Source: Bacillales bacterium UBA4278 (GTDB lineage: Bacteria > Bacillota_I > Bacilli_A > RFN20 > CAG-826). From it: 64,000 nucleotides of DNA. This document shows, piece after piece, positions 18,917 to 29,318 of this stretch (its first letter is position 1; each line of letters opens with the position of its first letter). The stretch covers positions 848-64,847 of the forward strand of contig DGVS01000007.1 of NCBI GenBank assembly GCA_002395065.1. The letters run 5' to 3'. Below the pieces are notes generated by a model. The model was not told where the DNA came from, did not search any database, and saw only the letters and a program-made list of their open reading frames with translations. Position numbers and translations under genes: made by a program.

Positions 18917-19630
18917 GTGTATAAACGAATTCTCATCAAATTATCTGGCGAAGCTCTTGCCGGAGACAAAAGTAATGGAATCCTTGACCCAGAGGCTCTT
19001 TTAAATATTTCCAAAGTCATTAAAGAAATTGCCCAAGCCGGCACCGAAGTTTGTGTCGTGATTGGGGCCGGAAATATTTGCCGTGGTTCGATCGTTGAGA
19101 AGTCTGGAATTGAACGTGTTACCGGAGATAAAATGGGAATGCTTGGAACGATTATTAATTCGTTTGCTTTAGCTAATTCATTGCAAAATCTCCAGCAAAA
19201 TGCGGTTGTTTTATCAGCCGTACCAATGGAAACGTTTACTCCAACTTTCTCCGAAGAACTGGCGGATAAGTATTTAAAAGAGAAGACTGTTGTCGTCTTT
19301 GGCGGAGGTACTGGAAAACCATTCTTTACAACCGATACTTGTGCCACTTTACGTGCTATTCAAGTTGGTTGTGATGCGATTTTAATCGCAAAGAATGGTG
19401 TCGATGGTATTTACAGCGATGATCCTCGCTACAACAAAGATGCCTACATGTTTAAGGAAATCACCTGCTCAGAAATCATTGCTAAAGATTTAAAAGTAAT
19501 GGATTTAGCAGCAGTGGAAATGCTCAAGGATCAGAATATTGATGTTCGCGTATTTAATATGCAAAACCCCGATAATTTCTTAAAGGTTGTGCGTAAAGAA
19601 GACGTTGGAACTACAATCAAGAGAGGATAA
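18917..19630 (+). CDS. pyrH: UMP kinase
   Basis: 237 aa from a GTG start after AAGGAG, with ILIKLSGEAL and GGGTGKPFFTTDT motifs. Confidence 0.95.
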   Translation: MYKRILIKLSGEALAGDKSNGILDPEALLNISKVIKEIAQAGTEVCVVIGAGNICRGSIVEKSGIERVTGDKMGMLGTIINSFALANSLQNLQQNAVVLSAVPMETFTPTFSEELADKYLKEKTVVVFGGGTGKPFFTTDTCATLRAIQVGCDAILIAKNGVDGIYSDDPRYNKDAYMFKEITCSEIIAKDLKVMDLAAVEMLKDQNIDVRVFNMQNPDNFLKVVRKEDVGTTIKRG

Positions 19631-19634
19631 AAAG

Positions 19635-20180
19635 ATGGATGATATTACATTAGAATGTCAAAGCAGATTAGAGAAAACTGTTGAAGCCTTACGTGGCGAG
19701 TTAGTTCTCATTCGTACAGGCCGAGCCACACCAGCAATTCTTGACCGAGTCCAATGTGACTATTATGGAGACAAAATTGCGGTGAACCAAATCTCCTCAA
19801 TCACTGTTCCAGAACCACGTCAATTATTGATCAAACCTTATGACCGTAATGATATTAAATCCATTGTTGCTGGAATCGCTGCGGCTAACCTTGGTGTTAA
19901 CCCTGTTAGCGAAGGTGATTGTATTCGACTTACTTTCCCACCATTAACTGAAGACACACGTCGTGAGTTAGTGAAGAAAGCAAAAGCAACTGCAGAAAAT
20001 AGCAAAGTTGCCGTGAGAAATGTCCGTCGTGAATATATTGACTTCGTCAAAGAAGCAGATGACATGACCGAAGATTATCAGAAACGTGTGCAAGATGAAA
20101 TTCAAAAAGTCGTTGATGAAGCGATTTCTGAAATTGACAAAATTCTAGCGGAAAAAGAGAAGGATATTCTCTCAATCTAA
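19635..20180 (+). CDS. frr: ribosome recycling factor
   Basis: 181 aa from ATG 19635, with SD AGAGGA. The ORF-track start at 19587 overlaps pyrH and adds non-conserved residues. Confidence 0.95.
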   Translation: MDDITLECQSRLEKTVEALRGELVLIRTGRATPAILDRVQCDYYGDKIAVNQISSITVPEPRQLLIKPYDRNDIKSIVAGIAAANLGVNPVSEGDCIRLTFPPLTEDTRRELVKKAKATAENSKVAVRNVRREYIDFVKEADDMTEDYQKRVQDEIQKVVDEAISEIDKILAEKEKDILSI

Positions 20181-20181
20181 T

Positions 20182-20209
20182 AAGGAGGCTAATTCCTCCT
20201 TTTCTTTTA
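20182..20209 (+). terminator. rho-independent terminator after frr
   Basis: Stem aggagg (20183-20188) pairs with cctcct (20195-20200), followed by TTTCTTTT. Confidence 0.7.
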
Positions 20210-20264
20210 GAACTTTTTCAATTCTTTATTTATTGTGCTTTCGTATGCGTATATAATATGAAGC

Positions 20265-20999
20265 ATGAAACGTGAAATCGAACTGAATAAACCAATTACC
20301 CACATTGCTTTCATTATGGATGGTAATGGACGTTGGGCTAAAGCACGTGGCTTACCACGAACCTTAGGCCACAAAGAAGCAATGAATCGAATTATTGAGG
20401 TTTTCGAACATTGCAAAGACTATAACATCAAGGTTTTTTCGTTCTATGCTTTCTCGACTGAAAACTGGAAAAGACCAAAGAGAGAAATTTCTCAATTGTT
20501 TAAATATCTAGAAATTTTCTTTAAAAAAGAAATTGATCATTTAATGAGAGATGGAGTTCGTATTGTTCTTTCTGGAGATCTTTCACGTCTTCCAGAAAAA
20601 ACTCAAAAAACTTGCTATAAATCAATGGATATGACCAAAGATAATGACAAGTATGTTATGAACATTTGTCTTAACTATGGTGGCAAAGAAGAAATTACTC
20701 GAGCGGCAAAACAAATTGCCCAAGAGGTTAAAGAAGGCTCATTAAATATTGAAGATATCAATGAACAGGTCTTCGAAAATCATTTATATACAAAAGGTTT
20801 ACCAAATGTTGACCTTCTGATTCGCACCTCAGGCGAAGAAAGAACAAGTAACTTCCTCCCATGGCAATTAGCTTATGCTGAATTTGTTTTCACTAAAGTT
20901 CATTGGCCAGACTTTAAGCGTGAGGCTTTTGTTGATTGTTTAAAAGAATACAACAATCGTAACAGACGTTTCGGAGGTTTAGATGATGGAAAAAAATAA
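20265..20999 (+). CDS. uppS: isoprenyl transferase (undecaprenyl diphosphate synthase)
   Basis: 244 aa with HIAFIMDGNGRWA and LIRTSGEERTSNFLPWQ motifs. Confidence 0.95.
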   Translation: MKREIELNKPITHIAFIMDGNGRWAKARGLPRTLGHKEAMNRIIEVFEHCKDYNIKVFSFYAFSTENWKRPKREISQLFKYLEIFFKKEIDHLMRDGVRIVLSGDLSRLPEKTQKTCYKSMDMTKDNDKYVMNICLNYGGKEEITRAAKQIAQEVKEGSLNIEDINEQVFENHLYTKGLPNVDLLIRTSGEERTSNFLPWQLAYAEFVFTKVHWPDFKREAFVDCLKEYNNRNRRFGGLDDGKK

Positions 21000-21990
21000 A
21001 CTCAGCCCTGAGCAAAAACATTCGATTAAGATTAGAACACTGACAGGAGTAGCTTTAGTTGCTTTGCTTGTTCCAGCTATGATTTTTGGAAGCATCTATT
21101 TTGTTGCTCTTTCTGTTTTAATTGCTGTTTGTTTTGCCTACGAAAGTGTTCATATTACTAATCTAAAAGGAAAAACTCGAACCGTCACATTTGTGGTGGT
21201 AATTATCTTATTAATTGCTACTTGTTACTATGTAATTCTTCGAAATTATATTGATGCCGTACGTGCACATGAACGCATTGATTTTGCAAACTTCTTCACA
21301 GTTAACTTCTCCGAATTAAAACTATCGGAAATGCTTCTTTTGACGACAGCTGCAGTTTTATTTGTCATGTGTTTCTTTAGTCGTGAATTTACGATTCGTT
21401 ACGTCTTCTATTTCTTTTCAATGATTGTTATTTTGAGTTTAGGAATTCAGGCGTTGTTATATTTGCGATTTGCTCCATTCACAATGTTTGGTTCAATAGG
21501 AACTATGATTACCGAAGATAGTTTTGTCTACGGACAATCATTATTGTTAATTGTCTACGTTATTGTTGGCGTATGTGCCAATGATATTGGTGCCTTCTTT
21601 GTTGGCTTAATCTTTGGCAAACACAAAATGGCTCCAGAAATTTCCCCAAAGAAAACTTGGGAAGGAGCAATTGGTGGTATCGTGATTTCGTTCGCCATCA
21701 CATTTGCTTTTGCCATGATTATGGGTGGAGTTGGAATTCCAATTCTTCCTCAACTCGATTTAAACCACTGGTATTGGGTAATGATTATTTCTTTACTTAT
21801 CCCATTCTTCGGAGATATCGGAGACTTCTTCTTCTCTTCTATTAAGAGAAGTTTTGGAGTAAAAGATTTCTCCGCTATTCTTCCAGGACACGGTGGTGTT
21901 CTTGATCGTCTTGATTCATTAATTTTTGCTAGTGGTCTAGTTAGTGGCTTACTAGTTTTTATGGAAATGATAGAAAAGTTTACAGTATGA
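20983..21990 (+). CDS. cdsA: phosphatidate cytidylyltransferase (long form)
   Basis: 335 aa with SPKKTWEGAIGG, GDIGDFFFSSIKR and PGHGGVLDRLDS motifs. Extra N-terminal TM segments are present. Confidence 0.9.
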   Translation: MMEKNKLSPEQKHSIKIRTLTGVALVALLVPAMIFGSIYFVALSVLIAVCFAYESVHITNLKGKTRTVTFVVVIILLIATCYYVILRNYIDAVRAHERIDFANFFTVNFSELKLSEMLLLTTAAVLFVMCFFSREFTIRYVFYFFSMIVILSLGIQALLYLRFAPFTMFGSIGTMITEDSFVYGQSLLLIVYVIVGVCANDIGAFFVGLIFGKHKMAPEISPKKTWEGAIGGIVISFAITFAFAMIMGGVGIPILPQLDLNHWYWVMIISLLIPFFGDIGDFFFSSIKRSFGVKDFSAILPGHGGVLDRLDSLIFASGLVSGLLVFMEMIEKFTV

Positions 21991-23117
21991 AAAAAGTACT
22001 TTTGTTAGGAGCTTCAGGATCAATCGGTTCTCAGACTCTGGATATTATTCGACAGTATTCAAATGAGTTTGAACTTGTTGGTTTTTCTGTTGGCAAAAAC
22101 CTAGCAAAAGCAAAAGAAATCTTAAACGAATTTAAAACAGTAAAATTCGCATATATTACCGGCAAATCACCAGCAAACGAACTCAAAAATGAGTTTAAAA
22201 ATGTTTCTGTTTTTTCAGGTAAATGTGGATTAAAAAGAATTATTAAGAAAACTGATTTTGACCTTTGTGTTGATGCTTTGGTTGGCTTTGTTGGATTAGA
22301 ACCAGCGATTAATGTTTTAAGGAAAAATAAGATTCTTTGCTTAGCTAACAAAGAAGCACTAGTTGCTGGGGGAACAATCATCAACAAACTTCTTGATGAA
22401 GGAAAAGGTAAACTTTATCCAATTGATTCGGAACATGTCGCTTTGGCTAAATGTTTGTCTAAATGCGATATCAAGGATGTGAAGAGTCTAATCATTACCG
22501 CAAGTGGTGGAGCTCTAAGAAATGTCGAGATTTCTAAACTTGCCGAGCAAACTCCAGAAGATGCATTGTGTCATCCAACATGGAAGATGGGCGCAAAAAT
22601 CACGATTGATTGCGCCACAATGATGAATAAAGGTTTTGAAATTATTGAAGCTTATTATTTGTATCATTTTCCGCTCAACAAAATACGTGTTCAGATGCAC
22701 GATGAATCTTTGATTCACTCAGCAGTCGAACTTAATGATGGAACACTGATTGTTGATTATGGAAAACCGGATATGCATGAGCCAATTAAATGGGCCATGT
22801 TTGAAGGAAAGAGTGAATATAAAGTATACAAAGTTAAATCTCTTGAAGAATTCAAAGATTGTCATTTCCACGACTATGATTACAAACGATATCCATGCAC
22901 AGAAATTGCTAAACAAGCTTTGCTTGAAGGTGCATCAAAGATGATTGCTTTAAATGCCGCAAATGAAACAGCTGTATATCGTTTTTTAAATCATGAAATC
23001 GGTTATTTAGATATTGCGAAATTTGTTGGCCAAAAAGTGGCGAAACAAAAATTAATTCGAAATCCATCGCTTTGTCAAATTAAGCGAATCGACAAAAGAG
23101 CTAGAAAGGTGAACTAA
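21987..23117 (+). CDS. dxr: 1-deoxy-D-xylulose 5-phosphate reductoisomerase
   Basis: 376 aa with GASGSIGSQTLDI, LANKE, DSEH and HPTWKMG motifs. Confidence 0.93.
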   Translation: MKKVLLLGASGSIGSQTLDIIRQYSNEFELVGFSVGKNLAKAKEILNEFKTVKFAYITGKSPANELKNEFKNVSVFSGKCGLKRIIKKTDFDLCVDALVGFVGLEPAINVLRKNKILCLANKEALVAGGTIINKLLDEGKGKLYPIDSEHVALAKCLSKCDIKDVKSLIITASGGALRNVEISKLAEQTPEDALCHPTWKMGAKITIDCATMMNKGFEIIEAYYLYHFPLNKIRVQMHDESLIHSAVELNDGTLIVDYGKPDMHEPIKWAMFEGKSEYKVYKVKSLEEFKDCHFHDYDYKRYPCTEIAKQALLEGASKMIALNAANETAVYRFLNHEIGYLDIAKFVGQKVAKQKLIRNPSLCQIKRIDKRARKVN

Positions 23118-24475
23118 TGAGTGCGTTAGATTGGATTGTTGCTGTTGTCTTGTTTGTCATCGCGTTAAGCGCGCTGATTACAATTCATGAACTTGGCCAT
23201 TTCTCAATGGTAAAGCTTTTCAACGTCTATTGCCAGGAATTTTCTATTGGTTTTGGACCAGCTCTAATTCATAAACGCAAAAAAGGAAAAGAAACATACT
23301 TCTCTTTAAGAGCCATTCCTTTTGGTGGTTATGTTTCAATGTATGGAGAAGGAATGGAACTGGAACCTGGTACAGTTATTCCAGAAGAAAGATCCCTCGA
23401 AGGCATTAAAAAATGGAAGAAGTGTATCATTCTTGTCGCTGGTGTTGTTTTAAATGCAATTTTAGCATTTGTTTTAATTGCTATTTCTAACCTCGCATTT
23501 CCAAGAATTGTCACAACAAAGTATGCCTCAATCACTCAAGATAGTGTTGCCGCTTCTACTTTAAAAGATGATGACTTTATGGTCTCACATCATAAGAGCT
23601 ACATTTCTTACGAATACACTGATAACGAAAAAATCATCCATGCCGGTCAATTCTATATGGTCGATAACACTGCGGAAATTGAGTCGAATAAGTATGTGAT
23701 TTGCTATGCTCCAACTGGAACAAAGCATTACACAAAATTTACTGAAGGAATGTTAATTTATCCAGCAATTGCTGGTCAAAATATTGCAACTGATAATGGA
23801 GATGGAACTTATACAGTTCACATTAAATCTCTTTATGATGCATACATGAAAGTTGATGGTGGAATTGAGCAAGAAGGCCTTTACGCTAACTTCACCGAAA
23901 AAGCATATCAACCATTTGAAGGTGTTAGTTTTGAAGCACACCTTAAATTTGCTCGATATAACGAATCAACAAAGAAATATGATGAAGTTCTGTTTAACCC
24001 AACCATCAAAGCCGTGAAGAGCGGAGATAAGTATGTTTGGGATGATATTGGACTTTCTTTTAAAACAATGGATGATAAGGATTGGACCTTTGGCGATAAA
24101 TGGAAACAAACATTTAAAGATTATGGATCAGCTTCCGTTGCTGTTTTTAAAGGTTTAGGAACACTCTTTACTGGTGGTATTAAAAATATGTCTGGCATCG
24201 TTGGTATCTTTGATATGACAGCCAACATTTATGGTTCTTACACCTTTGCCACCTATCTTTATTTCTGGGGTCTAATTAGCGTTAACCTTGCTATCTTTAA
24301 CTTGTTACCATTCCCTGGATTAGACGGTTTTGCTCTATTAATTACAATTATTGAAGCAATTACTAGAAAGAAAGTTCCAACAAAGGTTAAAGGCATCATG
24401 TCAGCAATTGGATTAGTACTCTTATTTGCTTTAATGATTACGATTGTTGTTCTAGACATAATCAAGCTGGTGTAA
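23117..24475 (+). CDS. rseP: RIP metalloprotease RseP/RasP (site-2 protease)
   Basis: 452 aa with HELGHF in TM1 and NLLPFPGLDG near the C-terminus. It sits in the conserved position between dxr and polC. Confidence 0.9.
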   Translation: MSALDWIVAVVLFVIALSALITIHELGHFSMVKLFNVYCQEFSIGFGPALIHKRKKGKETYFSLRAIPFGGYVSMYGEGMELEPGTVIPEERSLEGIKKWKKCIILVAGVVLNAILAFVLIAISNLAFPRIVTTKYASITQDSVAASTLKDDDFMVSHHKSYISYEYTDNEKIIHAGQFYMVDNTAEIESNKYVICYAPTGTKHYTKFTEGMLIYPAIAGQNIATDNGDGTYTVHIKSLYDAYMKVDGGIEQEGLYANFTEKAYQPFEGVSFEAHLKFARYNESTKKYDEVLFNPTIKAVKSGDKYVWDDIGLSFKTMDDKDWTFGDKWKQTFKDYGSASVAVFKGLGTLFTGGIKNMSGIVGIFDMTANIYGSYTFATYLYFWGLISVNLAIFNLLPFPGLDGFALLITIIEAITRKKVPTKVKGIMSAIGLVLLFALMITIVVLDIIKLV

Positions 24476-24479
24476 ATGT

Positions 24480-27400
24480 ATGAATGATAAGATGCGAAGA
24501 TTCTTAAATCACATCCACCTCGAAAACATTGAACGTTTCGATCTTGATTTTGATTTGGTCACTCGTAATCCGTTTAAAAAAGAACAAGTCGACATGCTTG
24601 TCGTTAAAGACACGCCATGGAACTACGATTTATTAGAAGAGTTCCAACACGGACTTGAATCAATTACTTATCCTTATGATTTGAAATTCTCTTATAAGAA
24701 GAAACCGACTGTTAAGGATGCAATTAAACTTTTCCCAGATTGGCATCGCGCTCACAATCGTTTTGTTTCAGATCAAGTTTTAGAAGAAAAAGAAGATGCA
24801 ATTGTCTTTGTTTTTAAAACTGAAGAAGAAAAGCGAAATAACCAGCAAATCTTGGATGATTTCAAAGAATTCCTCAGATTTTTATCATACCGATTTGATG
24901 TTGTTTCGATAGTTCGTTTAGAAGAAAAAACAACTCCTAATGTTTCTCAAGAAGTCCTCGATGAAATGGAAGAAAAAGCCAACCAAGTCTATGAGGAAGA
25001 AATTGCCGAAAGCGGTGATGATGAAAACGAATCCTACTATAAAAACGCCGAAATGGTTGAAGAAGAGGAAGAAGAAAGTGCTTTAAAGGCTTACGAAGAA
25101 GAATATATCGAAACCTTAAAGAACAACATTTCTCAACTGAAAGACCTTGGTAAAAATATAAAGAAAAATAAATCAAAGAGTGATTATGATCCGCAAACAT
25201 GGAGAGATGCCATCCCATTTAAAAAGTACACTGACTTCTCTTTGATTAAAGAGGATAGCGGAAACGTCGACATTACTGGCGAAGTTTTCGGTATCGATAA
25301 AATTCGTACAAATTATTTTGGCAAAGCAGTTTGTCCATGTGGCATAGGAAACGGAAAACAAGCGATTAACATCCGTATTGTTGAAAACAAACATACGACC
25401 GTTGAAGAAATCGAAAAATTGAAAAACGGAATGTATATTCACATTAAAGGTTATGCTGAGGCCGATAAACGTAGCGGACAAGTTTCTGTTACAGCACGCG
25501 GTTTTGAAATCGTTCCACCTCCAGCTATGAGAAGTGACGATGAAGAACAAAAGCGCGTTGAACTTCATCTTCATACCAGAATGTCGGTTATGGATGGTGT
25601 TGCCTCCATTAGTGAATATTGTAAGCTTGCTAAAGCAATGGGTCACAAAGCAATTGCGGTGACCGACCATGGTGTTGTGCAATCGTTCCCTGAAGCACAA
25701 GATGCTCAAAAAGATAGTGGAGTAAAGATTCTTTATGGATCTGAACTCTACATGGTTAACGATGAACTACCATTTGCCCTTAATCCTCAACCAATTCCAT
25801 TACGAAACACGGCTTATGTTGTGTTCGACTTAGAAACAACCGGACTTTCGAAAGAATACGACCGCATTACTGAGTTTGGTGCGATTCGATTTGAACATGG
25901 AAATATTGTGAAAACAGAGGACTTCTTTATTAATCCTTTGATTCCAATCCCACAAAAAGTTCAAGATAAAACTCATATTACACAAGCAATGGTGAACTCG
26001 GCAAAAACTTTTGAAGAGTGTGCCGATCGTATCATTGACTTCTTTAAAGATGCGATTATCGTTTCTCATAACATCACATTCGACCTTGGATTCATCAATG
26101 CTTCCTTAATTAGAATGGGTCGTGAACCAATTAAACCACCGGCGATTGATACTCTTTCGCTATCTCACTATATGTTCCCAGAAGCTGGGTCTCATCGCTT
26201 GGGTTCTTTATCAAGAAACCTTGGAATTCAATCATATAATGATGAAGAAGCTCACCGTGCTGATTATGACGCTAAAGTTTTAAATGAAGTTTGGTTAGCT
26301 ATGCTAAATCGACTCACCGAGCACAATATGGATCTGAAGCATTCTGATTTGGCTGAGATTAAAACAACTGAAGCGATGCTGAAACATATTCGCCCAAGTC
26401 ACATTAACTGTCTTGTCAAAGATGAAGATGGATTCAGAGCACTTTATGAACTTGTTTCTTTGTCACATATTAAATATCTTGCAGATGTTCCAAAGACACC
26501 AAAAAGAGAAATTGCACGATTACGTGAGCATCTATTATTGGGTTCAGCGTGTTGTAACGGTGAAGTCTTTGATGGTGCTCGAACAATGACCAAATCTGAC
26601 CTGAAAGAGGTCATGAAATTCTATGATTATATTGAAGTTCAACCTCCAGAGAACTATCGTCATTTAGTTAATCTTGGAAGTGTTGATAGTTTTGATGAAG
26701 TTAAGAAATACATCAAAGACATTGTTGAGTGTGCTGACGAGATTGGAAAACCAGTTGTGGCCACAGGTGATGTTCACTATCTCAATCCAGAAGACAAAAT
26801 TACTCGAGATGTGTACATCTCTGCCAAAGCGGTTGGAGGCAAACTCCACCCACTTCATATGCGAGACACCTCATTAGAAGCACCTGATCAACATTATCGA
26901 AGCACAAAGGAAATGCTTGATGCTTTCGCTTTCTTAGGAAAGGAAAAAGCTTTCGAGATTGTTGTTACAAACACAAACAAAATTGCTGATTCGATTGGTG
27001 AATTTAAACCAATTAAAAAAGATTTACACCCACCAGTTATTGAAGAGGCACCTAAGATTTTGCGTGATACTTGCTATGCAAAAGCTCACGAAATCTATGG
27101 TGATCCACTCCCAGAAGAGATTCAAAACCGCTTGGAAAAAGAACTTTCTGGTATTATCGATAATGGTTATTCCGTGACTTACTATATTGCTCACGAAATT
27201 GTTCGACGAGCAAATGAAGCTGGTTATGTTGTTGGTTCTCGTGGATCCGTTGGATCTTCTTTTGCTGCACATATGTTTGGTATTACCGAAGTTAACCCAC
27301 TTAGACCACATTATCGTTGTCCAAAATGTAAACATTTAGAGTGGATTGATGATCCAGAAATTCATTCTGGCTATGACCTCCCAGATAAAAAGTGTCCAGT

Positions 27401-28946
27401 TTGTGGTGAACCTCTTGTTGGAGACGGACAAAATATTCCATTTGAAACATTCCTTGGATTTAATGCGGATAAGATTCCTGATATTGATTTAAACTTCCCA
27501 AGTGACTACCAAAAGAAAGCATTCGATAGTACGAAAGATATTTTTGGTGAAAACAACGTTTTCAGAGCAGGTACAATTGAAACAGTTGCTGAAAAAACTG
27601 CTTTCGGTTATGTCCGTGGTTATTTTGAAGAACGTGGCATTGATCCAAGTACAATTCCTTCTTCTTATATTGCTTATTTAGCCAGCCATGTTGCTGATAC
27701 AAAACGTACAACTGGACAACATCCTGGTGGAATTATGGTTCTGCCAAAAACCTGTAATATTTACGATTTCACACCAATTCAATATCCTGCCGACGATAAA
27801 GAATCTGATTGGTTAACAACCCATCTTGATTATCGTGCTCTTCACGACGCTTTGCTTAAACTTGACCTTTTGGGTCACGTTGACCCACTTGCGTTAAGAT
27901 TGATGACCGAAATGACCGGTCTAAAGATGAAAGATATTCCTCTTAATGATAAAAAAGTTATTTCGTTATTTACATCGGATAAAGCTCTTGAAAGAAGTGG
28001 CAACTACCTCAAAGTTCGTAACGGTGCATCAGGTTTGCCAGAATTCGGAACAGATGTGTGTCGTGATATTCTTTTAGGTGCTCAACCAAAATCGTTTGCT
28101 GATCTTGTTGCTGTTGCTGGTCTTGCCCACGGTACTGACGTCTGGCAGGGAAACGCTTCAGAATTAATTAAGAATGGCAAAACCATTCGTGAAGTTATCG
28201 GATGTCGTGATGACATCATGACTTACTTAATTTCCAAAGGTGTTCAACCAAAAACAGCCTTTAATACAATGGAATCCGTTCGTAAAGGTCGTAAGATTCC
28301 AAAAGAAGCCGAAGAAGCACTTAGAGCTTGTAATGTTCCAGAGTGGTACATTGAATCATGTAACAAGATCAAATACATGTTCCCGAAAGCCCACGCTGTT
28401 GCTTATGTGACAATGGCGGTTCGTGTTGGATACTTTAAACTCTATTATCCACTTGAATTCTACGCAGTTTGGTTCTCTGCTCGTTGTAAACAATACGACA
28501 TCGTTCCAATGCTTGGTGGAAAAGAAGCCATTATTCAACGATATGATGAACTAAGAGGTCGTAAGAATAAGCACGAAAAACTTTCTCCAAAGGAGACAGA
28601 TATTTTAAAGATGTTGACAGTGGCGATTGAAATGACTGAACGTGGATACAAGTTTAAAAAAGTTGATTTATATAAATCGAAAGCGACAGAATTTGTTGTT
28701 AATCATGATGACAAAGCTCTTATTTGTCCGTTCATTGTTATTGATGGATTAGGTGATTCTGCTGCTGAAAGTGTTGTTGAAGCTCGCGAGAAAGGGCCAT
28801 TCTCTTCAAAGGAAGACCTTCTCAAACGAACCAAACTCTCTTCAACAAACGTCGAAGATTTAAGTGCCATTGGAACACTTGATGGCATGGGTGAAAGTGA
28901 CCAGATGTCACTCTTTGAGTTTGGTTTAGATGATATCGGGGCGTAG
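24480..28946 (+). CDS. polC: DNA polymerase III PolC-type
   Basis: 1488 aa with a PHP domain (HLHTRMSVMDG), a DEDDh exonuclease (VVFDLETTGL, SHNITFD, HRADYDA), a Zn module (CPKCKH..CPVCG) and the polymerase core. The TAG stop at 28944-28946 lies inside tRNA-Pro. Confidence 0.97.
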   Translation: MNDKMRRFLNHIHLENIERFDLDFDLVTRNPFKKEQVDMLVVKDTPWNYDLLEEFQHGLESITYPYDLKFSYKKKPTVKDAIKLFPDWHRAHNRFVSDQVLEEKEDAIVFVFKTEEEKRNNQQILDDFKEFLRFLSYRFDVVSIVRLEEKTTPNVSQEVLDEMEEKANQVYEEEIAESGDDENESYYKNAEMVEEEEEESALKAYEEEYIETLKNNISQLKDLGKNIKKNKSKSDYDPQTWRDAIPFKKYTDFSLIKEDSGNVDITGEVFGIDKIRTNYFGKAVCPCGIGNGKQAINIRIVENKHTTVEEIEKLKNGMYIHIKGYAEADKRSGQVSVTARGFEIVPPPAMRSDDEEQKRVELHLHTRMSVMDGVASISEYCKLAKAMGHKAIAVTDHGVVQSFPEAQDAQKDSGVKILYGSELYMVNDELPFALNPQPIPLRNTAYVVFDLETTGLSKEYDRITEFGAIRFEHGNIVKTEDFFINPLIPIPQKVQDKTHITQAMVNSAKTFEECADRIIDFFKDAIIVSHNITFDLGFINASLIRMGREPIKPPAIDTLSLSHYMFPEAGSHRLGSLSRNLGIQSYNDEEAHRADYDAKVLNEVWLAMLNRLTEHNMDLKHSDLAEIKTTEAMLKHIRPSHINCLVKDEDGFRALYELVSLSHIKYLADVPKTPKREIARLREHLLLGSACCNGEVFDGARTMTKSDLKEVMKFYDYIEVQPPENYRHLVNLGSVDSFDEVKKYIKDIVECADEIGKPVVATGDVHYLNPEDKITRDVYISAKAVGGKLHPLHMRDTSLEAPDQHYRSTKEMLDAFAFLGKEKAFEIVVTNTNKIADSIGEFKPIKKDLHPPVIEEAPKILRDTCYAKAHEIYGDPLPEEIQNRLEKELSGIIDNGYSVTYYIAHEIVRRANEAGYVVGSRGSVGSSFAAHMFGITEVNPLRPHYRCPKCKHLEWIDDPEIHSGYDLPDKKCPVCGEPLVGDGQNIPFETFLGFNADKIPDIDLNFPSDYQKKAFDSTKDIFGENNVFRAGTIETVAEKTAFGYVRGYFEERGIDPSTIPSSYIAYLASHVADTKRTTGQHPGGIMVLPKTCNIYDFTPIQYPADDKESDWLTTHLDYRALHDALLKLDLLGHVDPLALRLMTEMTGLKMKDIPLNDKKVISLFTSDKALERSGNYLKVRNGASGLPEFGTDVCRDILLGAQPKSFADLVAVAGLAHGTDVWQGNASELIKNGKTIREVIGCRDDIMTYLISKGVQPKTAFNTMESVRKGRKIPKEAEEALRACNVPEWYIESCNKIKYMFPKAHAVAYVTMAVRVGYFKLYYPLEFYAVWFSARCKQYDIVPMLGGKEAIIQRYDELRGRKNKHEKLSPKETDILKMLTVAIEMTERGYKFKKVDLYKSKATEFVVNHDDKALICPFIVIDGLGDSAAESVVEAREKGPFSSKEDLLKRTKLSSTNVEDLSAIGTLDGMGESDQMSLFEFGLDDIGA

Positions 28947-29012
28947 CACAGTTGGTAGTGCGCTTGGTTCGGGACCAAGAGGTCAGGGGTTCGATTCTCC
29001 TCGCTCCGACCA
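28937..29012 (+). tRNA. tRNA-Pro (anticodon CGG)
   Basis: Hand-folded 76-nt cloverleaf. The acceptor cggggcg pairs with cgctccg, the anticodon loop is ttCGGga, the T-loop is ttcgatt, and CCA is encoded. Confidence 0.85.
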
Positions 29013-29017
29013 ACATT

Positions 29018-29094
29018 GCGGTCATAGCTCAACTGGATAGAGCACCTTCCTCCTAAGAAGGGGGTTGGACGTTCAAGTCGTCTTGACCGCGCCA
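29018..29094 (+). tRNA. tRNA-Arg (anticodon CCU)
   Basis: 77-nt cloverleaf. The acceptor gcggtca pairs with tgaccgc, the anticodon loop is ctCCTaa, and CCA is encoded. Confidence 0.85.
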
Positions 29095-29101
29095 CATTAT
29101 T

Positions 29102-29130
29102 AGCCTCAAAATTCTTTGGGGCTTTTTCTT
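29102..29130 (+). terminator. rho-independent terminator
   Basis: Stem agcctcaaa pairs with tttggggct around the loop attc, followed by a T-run. Confidence 0.7.
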
Positions 29131-29169
29131 TACTTTTTATTTATTAAAAGATAATATAGTTAGGCACCT

Positions 29170-29245
29170 GGGTCTGTAGCTCATCTGGGAGAGCGCCTCC
29201 ATGGCATGGAGGAGGTGGCCGGTTCGAGCCCGGTCAGATCCACCA
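29170..29245 (+). tRNA. tRNA-Ala (anticodon GGC)
   Basis: 76-nt cloverleaf with the G3:U70 identity pair and anticodon loop atGGCat. CCA is encoded. Confidence 0.85.
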
Positions 29246-29256
29246 GAACTTGATTA

Positions 29257-29284
29257 ATCACCGTTAATTGCGGTGATTTTTCTT
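29257..29284 (+). terminator. rho-independent terminator
   Basis: Stem atcaccg pairs with cggtgat, followed by TTTTT. Confidence 0.7.
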
Positions 29285-29318
29285 TAGAAATAATTAATGA
29301 TGAATTATAATTTGTGCT

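Noticed and set aside
23500-24150. Apparent absence of a clear PDZ domain in RseP.
   Set aside because: The ~200-aa periplasmic-loop region is divergent, but a degenerate PDZ-like segment (SVAASTLKDDDFMV) may be present. This cannot be judged by eye.
28703-29095. 130-aa and 67-aa minus-strand ORFs overlapping the polC 3' end and the tRNA-Pro/Arg genes. Similar ORFs occur at 30011-30286 over the tRNA-Leu genes and at 43183-43467 over tRNA-Gly.
   Set aside because: They are antisense to well-folded tRNA genes and a strongly supported CDS. They lack an SD and have an odd composition, so they are ORF-track artefacts.
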